DNA of 64,000 bases from Terriglobia bacterium (GTDB lineage: Bacteria; Acidobacteriota; Terriglobia; UBA7540). How positions within the stretch are numbered: position 1 is the stretch's first letter; each line of letters opens with the position of its first letter. Location of the stretch: NCBI GenBank assembly GCA_035946575.1, contig DASYZG010000025.1:4617-68616 (forward strand). Direction: 5' to 3'. Made by a program: the position numbers and the translations under genes. Below the pieces are notes generated by a model that worked only from the letters and a program-made list of their open reading frames with translations, was not told the origin of the DNA and did no database searches. Shown here one piece after another: positions 28,314-36,926 of this stretch.

Positions 28314-28421
28314 TTGCCACCATAGCGCGGGCATGGCGCTCGCACACTCGTGACTATCGGATCGCGGTCCGATGAGAACGTCCGGAGGCGTGCGAGCGCC
28401 ATGCCCGTGCTATAGTGGCAA
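28314..28421. repeat. 108-nt near-perfect inverted repeat (32-nt arms, 30/32 complementary) with a nested hairpin in the loop
   Basis: Arm 1 'ttgccaccatagcgcgggcatggcgctcgcac' (28314-28345). Arm 2 'gtgcgagcgccatgcccgtgctatagtggcaa' (28390-28421). The loop contains 'atcgga-tcgcgg-tccgat'. Confidence 0.85.
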
Positions 28422-28432
28422 GCGCCACAGGG

Positions 28433-28466
28433 ACAAAATTGAAAACGGGGAGCGGAAAGCCGCTCC
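28433..28466 (-). terminator. Rho-independent terminator candidate downstream of the YVTN propeller gene
   Basis: The minus strand reads GGAGCGG-CTTT-CCGCTCC followed by CCGTTTTCAATTTTG, 30 nt after the stop at 28496. Confidence 0.5.
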
Positions 28467-28495
28467 TTGAGATTGCTTTGCCAGAGACTCTGCGG

Positions 28496-29557
28496 CTACA
28501 GCTTGGTGACCGTATTGCCGTTTTCGTCCACGGCCCAGATGTCAGCTCCGTCAAAAGCCAGCCAACTTGGGCCGCTTCCAGCCGAAAAGGTCCCTAGCAC
28601 CGTCCCGCTGCCCGACAGCTTCGTGACCGTATTGCCTGCCAGATTGCTTACCCAGATGTTCGCCCCGTCGAAGACCACACCCTGAGGATCGCTCCCTACG
28701 GGGAAAGTTCCCAAGTTGTCGCCCGTGGAGGCTTTGAGCTTGGTAATTGTGTTGTCCACGCTGTTGGCCACCCAGATGTTGGCGCCGTCAAATCCAAGCC
28801 CGGTAGGCCCGTTTCCCACCGTGAAGGTTCCCAAAACGGTACAGTCGCCCGCCAGCTTGGTCACCGTATTCGTGGACTCATTCGTGACCCAAATGTTGGT
28901 CCCGTCAAAGGCTACACTGCGTGGGCCGAGTCCTACGGTGCACGTCGCCAGATTCGCGCCATCGCTGGCGCGGAGTTTGGTTACGGTGTTGCCCGATCCG
29001 TTGCCATTGTTTGCCACCCAGATGTTTGCCCCGTCGAAAGCGAGGCCATTCGGGAAGAGTCCAACGGCAAAGGTTCCCAGTATCGAACCGTCACGCGCAC
29101 GAAGCTTGGTCACGGTCGCATTTGAAAAACTGGCAACCCAGATGTTGGCGCCGTCGTAAGCCAAGGGAAGTGGCCCACCACCAACGTTGTAAGTTGCGAG
29201 CACGGTGCCGTCGCTCGGCGCGAGTTTTGTAACCGTGTTGCTGCTGAAATTGCTCACCCAGATGCTGGCTCCATCAAATGTCACGTATTGTGGAGCGGCG
29301 CCGACGGCGAAGCTCGTGGTCTGGTTGGCGCTGTACCAATGCAAGATCGCTATCTGGAATGGGTTTTTGGTGGAGGTTGTTACGCCAACGAGCGGAGAGC
29401 TGGGCGTTCCGGGTCGCTGTCCGCTTCCCGCTCCAGCTTCATCCTGCGCCTGAGCCGGATTCGGGGCGATAGCCATCAACCCCAAGAGGCCCAACCCCAG
29501 TAAGGCGAATCTCAGTCGTTTCGGCCTGCCTCTAACTGCACGGTTTTGTGCATGCAT
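28496..29557 (-). CDS. secreted 7-bladed YVTN/NHL-like beta-propeller repeat protein
   Basis: Start set to the ATG at 29555-29557 (AAGGGGG SD). Signal peptide 'LRFALLGLGLLGLMAIAPNPAQA'. Seven ~40-aa repeats 'NTVTKL...G..LGTF.VG..P.G.AFDGANIWVAN'. The ORF ends exactly on 'GNTVTKL'. Confidence 0.75.
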   Translation of the reverse strand: MHAQNRAVRGRPKRLRFALLGLGLLGLMAIAPNPAQAQDEAGAGSGQRPGTPSSPLVGVTTSTKNPFQIAILHWYSANQTTSFAVGAAPQYVTFDGASIWVSNFSSNTVTKLAPSDGTVLATYNVGGGPLPLAYDGANIWVASFSNATVTKLRARDGSILGTFAVGLFPNGLAFDGANIWVANNGNGSGNTVTKLRASDGANLATCTVGLGPRSVAFDGTNIWVTNESTNTVTKLAGDCTVLGTFTVGNGPTGLGFDGANIWVANSVDNTITKLKASTGDNLGTFPVGSDPQGVVFDGANIWVSNLAGNTVTKLSGSGTVLGTFSAGSGPSWLAFDGADIWAVDENGNTVTKL

Positions 29558-29851
29558 TCTAACCCCCTTGACCGGAATTCCCAATGAGGGCTCAAAGCCC
29601 GGGCGACAACGTATCACCTGGCCGCGCCGAGTGCAACCGGCGGGGCGGGCCGGAGCTTGAAGGGCCCACAACAGCCCGGTTTTGCACCTCCAGGTGGCAG
29701 GGAATTTTGTGTGAGGCTCAGTTTGCCGGGCTGGGGCAGGAATCGGGATTAGGCCGCGGCGGAAAAGAACGCGAGCGGAGGGTCCGGACGGCAATCGCGC
29801 GGTGGAGAATCGCCGGTCCGGGGACTGCTCCCGCTCGCGTTCCGTGGACTG

Positions 29852-30022
29852 CTAACTGGCGCTGAGATTGGCTGCGGCGGTGCTGAATACGGTCTTGATC
29901 CCGTTCGCCAGCGTGCTCATGGAAGTGATCGCCGCGAGCGCCACCAGAACCAGCAACAGGCCGTATTCGGTCAGGTCCTGGCCTTCTTCCTCCCGCCACA
30001 ACCTGGTCATCAAATTCTTCAT
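29852..30022 (-). CDS. flp: Flp-family type IVb pilin (56 aa; not in the ORF track)
   Basis: My own translation of the minus strand gives MKNLMTRLWREEEGQDLTEYGLLLVLVALAAITSMSTLANGIKTVFSTAAANLSAS*. ATG at 30020-30022 preceded by GGGGAG. Flp prepilin motif G/xxxxEY ('EG-QDLTEYGLLL') followed by a hydrophobic helix. Confidence 0.75.
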   Translation of the reverse strand: MKNLMTRLWREEEGQDLTEYGLLLVLVALAAITSMSTLANGIKTVFSTAAANLSAS

Positions 30023-30216
30023 TTTGCTCTCCCCTCTGGTCTACGATTCGAGGCAGCTCGCCGTCGCGATGCTTGCCACGAGAGCCATCATAGGGAGTCG
30101 GCCGGCGTTTGCAAAGTGACAAACAGCTAACTGTTAAAGGTGGGTATACCGAGAGCGGTAATACACTTGGCCGGCCGGGGGGACGATTTGTTAGCAGAGC
30201 TTTCGAGGATAACGGT

Positions 30217-32145
30217 CTAATCCGCGCTTGCGTTCGCTTCAGCCACCAGGCTCGGCAGCAGCTCAAGACCGTAAGCGTTCTGCACGTACTGGTTCAGCAT
30301 GCGGTGGGTGTTGAAGAATGACCCGTTGAAAGCGATGGTGCCGCGCATCACCTCGGCGAAGCCGGCGGGCTTGGCGTAAAAGAGCGGCGCGATCACGGTG
30401 CCCAGCTTGTTGTAAAGGGAAGCCAGCTCGCTCGACGGATTATCGCCCCGGCTGTCCTCGCCGATGCTCCAGCCCGTGATTCCCTCGCCGTGCCCTTCAA
30501 TCCACCAGCCGTCCAGCACGCTGAAGCTGGGCACGCCGTTCAAGGCCGCCTTCATGCCGCTCGTCCCCGAGGCTTCGTGCGGCTGCAGGGGCGTGTTCAC
30601 CCAGATGTCCACGCCGCTGGTCAGAAGCTGGCCCCAGCGCATGTCATAGTTGGGGATGTAAAGCACGTGCACATCGTCGTCGAACTGCGAGGCGCGCTCG
30701 ATGACGCGCCGGATAATCGCCTTGCCCTCCTCATCGGCGGGATGCGCCTTGCCGGCATAGATAATCTGCAGGGGTCCGGCCCGCTTGGCCACCTTCTTCA
30801 GGCGCTCAGGGTCGGAAAGCAGCAGCTCGGCCCGTTTGTAGGCTACAGCGCGGCGCGCGAAGCCGAGGGTCAGCCTGGACTCGTCCAGGGCCACGCCGGT
30901 TTCGGCACGGATGGCGGCGAACAGGGCCCGCTTGGCCGTGGCATGAGCCTTGAGGATCTCGTGCAGCGGCACGCCCAGCACGCAGCGCAGATAAAGGTTA
31001 TCGCGGCGCCACTCCGGGATGTAACGGTCGTACAGCTCCTGAAAGGGCGGAGAGGTCCAGGTGCGCGCGTGCACGCCGTTGGTGATGGAGCGAATGGCGA
31101 AGCGCGGAAACATGGCGCGCGAAACCTCGCCGTGGCGCATGGCGACGCCATTAACGTAGTGGGAGCAGGCCAGCGCCAGCTCCGTCATGTTGAGCCGCCC
31201 CTGCGGCAGCAGTCCGCGGGCCTCCAGGCCATGGGTCCGCTTCTCGCCGAGCACCCGGCTGACCAGATCACGATCGAAAGCGTCGTGACCCGCCGGTATG
31301 GGAGTGTGCGTGGTGAATACGCAACGCTGCCGCAGGCGCTGAAGCTCCTCGAGGAAATCGGAAGTCCCGGGCAGACGCTCGCGCATCTGCTCCTCGAACA
31401 GGGCCATGGTCAGGAGGGCGGAATGCCCCTCGTTCATGTGGTATTTTCCGATATTCGCATGTCCGAGCGCCCGCAGGAGACGCGCGCCCCCCATGCCCAG
31501 CACCACCTCCTGGGCCAGGCGATAGCGGCGGTCGCCGCCGTAGATGCGCTCAGTCAGCGTACGATCCTGCGGATCGTTTTCGGGCAAAGCCGTGTCCAGG
31601 AGATAAACCGGGACCGTGTGGCCTCCGATTCCGGGCACGTCGTACTTCCAGGCGCGAACCAGAACGCGGCGGCCCTCGATGGTGACCGTCGTCCTCGCCT
31701 CGGCTTCTTTCAGCGTATTTTCCGGCGCCCAGGCGGAAGGGGTCTCCAACTGCCGTCCTTCGCCGTCGATCTGCTGCTCGAAATAGCCTCCGCGGTAGAC
31801 CAAGGTCACAGCGACCATGGGCAGTCCGAGATCGGCGGCGGACCGGAGCATGTCGCCCGCCAGAATCCCCAGGCCTCCGGCGTAGGTCGGTATGCCCGGC
31901 TCAAGGGCGATTTCCATGGAGAAGTAGGCGATGCGGGGCAGTCCCAGGTCAATCGCGCGCTGCTCTCCCTCGGGCTGCGGCGCGGCCGCCAGGTCCGAGA
32001 TTTCGCCGGCGATTCCCGCCGCCATGTCACCTGTTACCGGAATTGTTGAACTCAAGCCTTCTCCCTCGTTGCCAGTCTCGCGGTTTGTGGTGCGGGCATC
32101 CTGCCTGCCCAGGGCGTGAGGCGCAGGCTGGGAAGCCTGCACCAC
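30217..32145 (-). CDS. glgP: alpha-glucan (glycogen/maltodextrin) phosphorylase, GT35
   Basis: 'IAYFSMEIALEPGIPTYAGGLGILAGD' and the PLP-lysine motif 'EASGTSGMKAALNG'. Start is uncertain: GTG at 32145, or ATG 120 nt downstream. Confidence 0.85.
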   Translation of the reverse strand: MVQASQPAPHALGRQDARTTNRETGNEGEGLSSTIPVTGDMAAGIAGEISDLAAAPQPEGEQRAIDLGLPRIAYFSMEIALEPGIPTYAGGLGILAGDMLRSAADLGLPMVAVTLVYRGGYFEQQIDGEGRQLETPSAWAPENTLKEAEARTTVTIEGRRVLVRAWKYDVPGIGGHTVPVYLLDTALPENDPQDRTLTERIYGGDRRYRLAQEVVLGMGGARLLRALGHANIGKYHMNEGHSALLTMALFEEQMRERLPGTSDFLEELQRLRQRCVFTTHTPIPAGHDAFDRDLVSRVLGEKRTHGLEARGLLPQGRLNMTELALACSHYVNGVAMRHGEVSRAMFPRFAIRSITNGVHARTWTSPPFQELYDRYIPEWRRDNLYLRCVLGVPLHEILKAHATAKRALFAAIRAETGVALDESRLTLGFARRAVAYKRAELLLSDPERLKKVAKRAGPLQIIYAGKAHPADEEGKAIIRRVIERASQFDDDVHVLYIPNYDMRWGQLLTSGVDIWVNTPLQPHEASGTSGMKAALNGVPSFSVLDGWWIEGHGEGITGWSIGEDSRGDNPSSELASLYNKLGTVIAPLFYAKPAGFAEVMRGTIAFNGSFFNTHRMLNQYVQNAYGLELLPSLVAEANASAD

Positions 32146-32157
32146 AAAACTGAGGCA

Positions 32158-33561
32158 CTATCCACTCACTATTCTCTCAAGCGCCCGCACAATCTCGGAT
32201 TCCTCATGCTCGTCGAGCACGGTACGCAAATCAATCAGCACCCGATCCCGTTCCACGCGCGCAATCACCGGCGGACGATTCTGGCGAAGGCGTTCGGCAA
32301 GCTCGCCTGACGAGAGCCGGGCGTGCTGCAGCGCCACGAGAGTTGTGGGCAGCGACTGGCCGGGGCTGGAGCCGCCTCCCGCCACAGACTCACCGCGTTC
32401 GAGGTCCGCCGCCAAATCGCGCACGGTCCCGAGGCGTTCCTGGAGATGGGCGGCACGCACCGCGATCGATTCCGCCGAGGCGCGGATCATGGCGAGCGCC
32501 GGGATGCTGTCGATCTGCCCGCTGCGGTAAAGCCGCGCCGTCGCCTCGAGCGCGGCGATGGTCATCTTATCCACCCGCAGGGCCCGAAACAAAGGATTCC
32601 GGCGAATGCGCCGCAGCGGCTCGCGCGCCCCGGCGATGATTCCGGCCTGAGGTCCGCCCAGAAGTTTGGCACCGCTGAAGGTCACCACCTGCGCGCCGGC
32701 CGCGAGGCTCGGGCCGGCGGGGGGCTCGTCTCGCAATCCGCAGGGATCGAGATCCACCAGGCAGCCGCTGCCGAGGTCCTCCATCACCGGGATGTTGTGG
32801 CGATGCCCAAGCTCGACGAGCTCGGCGAGCGCGGGGCGCTCGGTGAAGCCCACGATGCGAAAATTGCTGGGGTGGACCCGCAGCAGCAAGCGGGTGCGCT
32901 CGTTGATCGCTGCCGCATAGTCCGCCAGACGGGTGCGATTGGTTGTGCCCGCCTCGCGAAGCACGGCGCCGCTCTTGGCGCAGATGTCCGGGATGCGGAA
33001 CGACCCTCCGATTTCAATCAATTCGCCGCGCGAGACAACCACCTCGCCACCCTCGGCCAGGGTGTTCAGCGCCAGAAACACGGCGGCGGCGTTGTTGTTC
33101 ACCACCAGGGCCGCTTCCGCACCCACCAGGCTGGCAAGCAGCCGGTCCGTGTGGGCGTCACGCTTGCCGCGCTCTCCCTGCGCGAGGTCGTATTCCAGGT
33201 TCGAATAGCGCGCCGCGACTTCGGCCACGCGCTCCACAGCCTGGCGCGCGAGCGGCGCCCGGCCCAGATTGGTGTGCAGGATCACGCCCGTGGCGTTGAT
33301 CACGGCGACGAGCGAAGGAACGAGTTCGGCCTCCACGCGCCGACGGACCTCGCGCTCAACTCCTTCCGCGCTGAATGGGCCGTCCACGCCCCGAGCCACC
33401 CGTTCGCGCAGCGCCTGCAGCGCGTCGCGCACGGCCTCCCGGAGAAGGGCGTGACCCGCCAGCGGCTCCAGGGCCCGAATCGCCGGGCGGTGGAGCAGTT
33501 CATCCACCGAGGAGATCTGCCGGAGCAAGTCTTCGGGTTGGGTCCGGATCTGCGAAGCCAT
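32158..33561 (-). CDS. selA: L-seryl-tRNA(Sec) selenium transferase
   Basis: 467 aa. N-terminal 'LLRQISSVDELLHRPAI', 'INATGVILHTNLGRAPL', and the PLP-lysine region 'FSGAKLLGGPQAGIIAG'. Confidence 0.9.
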   Translation of the reverse strand: MASQIRTQPEDLLRQISSVDELLHRPAIRALEPLAGHALLREAVRDALQALRERVARGVDGPFSAEGVEREVRRRVEAELVPSLVAVINATGVILHTNLGRAPLARQAVERVAEVAARYSNLEYDLAQGERGKRDAHTDRLLASLVGAEAALVVNNNAAAVFLALNTLAEGGEVVVSRGELIEIGGSFRIPDICAKSGAVLREAGTTNRTRLADYAAAINERTRLLLRVHPSNFRIVGFTERPALAELVELGHRHNIPVMEDLGSGCLVDLDPCGLRDEPPAGPSLAAGAQVVTFSGAKLLGGPQAGIIAGAREPLRRIRRNPLFRALRVDKMTIAALEATARLYRSGQIDSIPALAMIRASAESIAVRAAHLQERLGTVRDLAADLERGESVAGGGSSPGQSLPTTLVALQHARLSSGELAERLRQNRPPVIARVERDRVLIDLRTVLDEHEESEIVRALERIVSG

Positions 33562-33859
33562 AACAAAAGCCAGGGACAGCCGAATTGTTAAGTATACAAG
33601 ATCGGGCAGCCCTGGCAGCTGAGTGGAAAGTCAAGCCGTTCCGCGAGGCAGGCGGCAAAGCCGCGGAGGGGCTCCGAAAGCTTCCCGTCGTTCGGCCTGG
33701 ACCAAGCGGCGTTCCGCTCGACAGCTCCTCTCATCGGCTTCATTGCGGAGTTGCTATCTCTCAGTTTTGTAAGGCTTCATCACCGGCCTCGGTGACCCGA
33801 ATCACAGCTGGTATTCACATCAGCGACGAGAATCAAGCGCGGCGGGAGGTAAACTGACC

Positions 33860-36796
33860 ATGAAAAAGGTTGCGCTTGCAGTTGCAGGACTCGCGCTCGC
33901 TGCATGCTTTGCCCCCCGGGCAGCGCTCGCCGACATCACGCTTCAGGAAAGCCTGTTCAACGTCAATGGAACCCAATACTACAACACGTTCAGCGTGCCG
34001 GGACTGAATTCGAGCGGCTTCGACCCATCGACCGGATTGGGCAAGCTCGTCCTCACCTTCAATCCAGGCCCTGGAACCTATTACGTGGACGCTTACTTCG
34101 ATCTCGAGTTGGGCGTGCCGTTCTTCAATGAATACGGCAGCCTCTCGGGATCACCGGCTGCCGGTCAGAGTTGGCAGATCGACGATCCCATCTATGGAAC
34201 CATTTACGGCAACACTCAGGGCAACACCCTCGACAGCACAAACCACATACCCGGCACCGTCGACAACTTTCTGGGCGTCTGCTCGGGCTCGGATTGCAAC
34301 GGTGACGTCTCCTGGGCCATGGGATTCGCCTTCACGCTGGGCGCCCAGCAGGAGGAGGTCATCACCCTCGACGTCCTCCAGACAGCGCCCAATGGCGGCT
34401 TCTACCTGCAGCAGGTTCACCCGGTGGATCCCAACAACGCCTCGGAAGTGGACGCCTACTTCAGCGGCACCGCCGTTACTCAACCTGTGAACAGCGGAGT
34501 GCCCGAGCCCGGCACCTGGGGTCTTCTGGCGACAGGTGCGCTCCTGCTTCTGTTCGTCGGGCTTCGCTCCAAAATGAGGTTGGGCATAAGCCGGGGCGGG
34601 GCGAGTCTGCTGGGGCTGGCGGTGGTGTTTTTCGTCCTACCGCAGGTCTCTCGGGCGATAACACCGCAAGTGTTGACCGTTCCCGAGGTGCCCACAAACA
34701 CCAGCATCCCGCATACGACGTATCCCAATGCGACCCTTATGTTGGGGGCAACGGTTCCGAATGTCACCGGATCGAGTGACACCTTTAACGTTACCTGGAA
34801 CTTCGGAGACGGCACCGCGAACACGACTTTCTCGTTCGTGGGCACAGCGACGTCCCAGCCGTACCCTTACGATATCTCGACCACGCACGTTTACAACGGC
34901 CCGGCAGGCACCACGTGGACCGCAACCGTGACGGTCAAGGACTCGAACACCAACCAGAGCGGTAGCGGCACTTATCTGGTGCTCATGCAGGCCAATACCC
35001 TCGCCGCGCGCGTGGACGTGGCGATCGACAACGGCTTGTGGTACATGCACCAGACCATGTGGCGCAGCACCACAACCGTCGGCAGTAACACCGTCAACTG
35101 GGGAGGATGGGACTCCGAATCCGGATCGACGGGCTGCCACACCCAGGGCGGCTATGCGTGGGATTGCATCAGCTATTCCGTAATCACCGCCGCCAATGTC
35201 CAGGCCTTCGAAGTCAGCGGGCATTACGCGAGCGGACCGAACAGCAGTCCCACCGACCCTTACACCGATGACGTGGCGCGCGGGCTGGCGCGGATTTTCT
35301 ACTTCTTCACACCCCACTCCGTCTTCGCGAACACGTACAACTACAACCCGGCCACGCTGGATTTTGGGTGCACGAGCGGCTATCCGACAACCAGCTACCC
35401 GAACTGCCAGCCGCCGGCTACGCAGATCTTCTACAATCCCGGCTCGACGGCTTGCCCCTCAAGCAACTGCAGCTACACGTTTGACGGAAACAATAACCTC
35501 CAGTATCTCAGCGCCGATCTCGATGGAGAGCCTCATTATGAAGGCGGTTCGTTCATCGACGCCATCGTCGCCAGCGGAACTCCGACCGCCACGTCCCCAA
35601 CCGGAGTCACTGGAGTCCTCGGGCTGACTTACCAGAACATTGTCCAGGACCTGATGGACGAGTACAGTAATTGCCAGTGGAACCAGGACTTGGATTCGAA
35701 CGTCGGCTACAACCACGGGTCCTATTATGGTGGTGGCGCCTGGCTGTATTCGTGCCTCCAGGGGAACGACAATTCCGTTTCCCAATGGGCCGCAATCGGC
35801 TATATCGCGGGCTATCGTGGCTTTGGCCTGACGATCCCCCAGGCCGTAAAGGATTTCAACGGGGTCTGGGTGACAAACTCTCAGGACGTCCAGGATCCTG
35901 CTCCGACCGGTACCGATCCCTGGGCCGTGGGCGCTAACCTCGGCTCTTATGGGTATCGAGGATCGATGTATTGGTCTAACGCCTGGGGGCCCTTCGCGAC
36001 CACGCCCTCGGGCCTCGTCCAAATGGCGATGGACGGTGTCGGCCGGACGCAGAACACGGTGTTCGGCGATCCGACAACAGCGCCTGATCAGCGATGGAAT
36101 CTCACGGAGTCGTACTACGCCGACAACTTCTGCAACGCTAACAGCAACGGCGCTTACTATGCTCCGCGGGCCTACACCTACGGCCTGTTCTCGTTCACCA
36201 AGGCCATGCTTCTGCACAGCCCCGGCGGCGTCTTGACGCCCATTCAATACCTTCGGACGTTAACGCCGAACGTCTTCACCACCAATTCGTCCGTGCCGCC
36301 GAACACGATTGACTGGTACGCGGCGCTGTCCTCTGCCAACGGAGGGACGGATCCTTGTGACGGCGTCGCCCAGACCATCGTACAGAGGCAGAATCCCGTC
36401 GGCTATCCCTGCCTTGGATGCTGGTATGGAGATAACTACTACGGCTATCAGGACCCGTTCGAGACCGCCTGGTCGATCATCATGCTGCGCAAGACGGTGT
36501 TCGTCCAGTGCATCAGCAATCTCTACGGACGTGGAACACCGGGTGGTCCCGGTATCGCGCCCCGGGTTGATCTCACCTGGAGCGCGCAATCGGGGGCAAC
36601 GTCCTACAACGTCCTGGTCAGTACGACGAACGGCGGGCCCTACACGCTTGTCGGGAACACCACGAGTTCCGCCTACTCTGACAGGACGGGATTGGTCGCC
36701 GGCAAGACCTACTATTTCGTTGTCGATCCGCTGAATGGCACGACCGAAATCTGTCAGTCGAATCAGGCAACGGTTACGATTCCGAAGAGTCGCTAA
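33860..36796 (+). CDS. large secreted multidomain protein: N-terminal domain + internal PEP-CTERM-like segment + second signal-like helix + PKD + alpha/alpha-toroid-like region + FN3
   Basis: GGGAGG SD. Signal peptide 'MKKVALAVAGLALAACFAPRAALA'. 'VPEPGTWGLLATGALLLLFVGLRSK' at aa 214-238. PKD-like 'NVTWNFGDGTANTTF...TATVTVKDSN'. C-terminal FN3-like 'LTWSAQSGATSYNVLVSTTNGGPYTLVG'. Confidence 0.7.
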   Translation: MKKVALAVAGLALAACFAPRAALADITLQESLFNVNGTQYYNTFSVPGLNSSGFDPSTGLGKLVLTFNPGPGTYYVDAYFDLELGVPFFNEYGSLSGSPAAGQSWQIDDPIYGTIYGNTQGNTLDSTNHIPGTVDNFLGVCSGSDCNGDVSWAMGFAFTLGAQQEEVITLDVLQTAPNGGFYLQQVHPVDPNNASEVDAYFSGTAVTQPVNSGVPEPGTWGLLATGALLLLFVGLRSKMRLGISRGGASLLGLAVVFFVLPQVSRAITPQVLTVPEVPTNTSIPHTTYPNATLMLGATVPNVTGSSDTFNVTWNFGDGTANTTFSFVGTATSQPYPYDISTTHVYNGPAGTTWTATVTVKDSNTNQSGSGTYLVLMQANTLAARVDVAIDNGLWYMHQTMWRSTTTVGSNTVNWGGWDSESGSTGCHTQGGYAWDCISYSVITAANVQAFEVSGHYASGPNSSPTDPYTDDVARGLARIFYFFTPHSVFANTYNYNPATLDFGCTSGYPTTSYPNCQPPATQIFYNPGSTACPSSNCSYTFDGNNNLQYLSADLDGEPHYEGGSFIDAIVASGTPTATSPTGVTGVLGLTYQNIVQDLMDEYSNCQWNQDLDSNVGYNHGSYYGGGAWLYSCLQGNDNSVSQWAAIGYIAGYRGFGLTIPQAVKDFNGVWVTNSQDVQDPAPTGTDPWAVGANLGSYGYRGSMYWSNAWGPFATTPSGLVQMAMDGVGRTQNTVFGDPTTAPDQRWNLTESYYADNFCNANSNGAYYAPRAYTYGLFSFTKAMLLHSPGGVLTPIQYLRTLTPNVFTTNSSVPPNTIDWYAALSSANGGTDPCDGVAQTIVQRQNPVGYPCLGCWYGDNYYGYQDPFETAWSIIMLRKTVFVQCISNLYGRGTPGGPGIAPRVDLTWSAQSGATSYNVLVSTTNGGPYTLVGNTTSSAYSDRTGLVAGKTYYFVVDPLNGTTEICQSNQATVTIPKSR

Positions 36797-36926
36797 CCCC
36801 TGTGTCCCCGCAGATTGAGCACGATTTACAGGCCCTCGGGACCGCCTCGCCGGCGGTCCCCGAGGGCATTTTGTTTTGGCGGAAACGAGTCATCTGTCCG
36901 AACTTCACATCAGCGTGGAGCTTAAC

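Noticed and set aside
29718-30266. 182-aa track ORF covering the flp region
   Set aside because: It is out of frame with the canonical 56-aa Flp prepilin, which has an SD and the G/xxxxEY motif. The 182-aa translation is Arg/Pro-rich with no motif.
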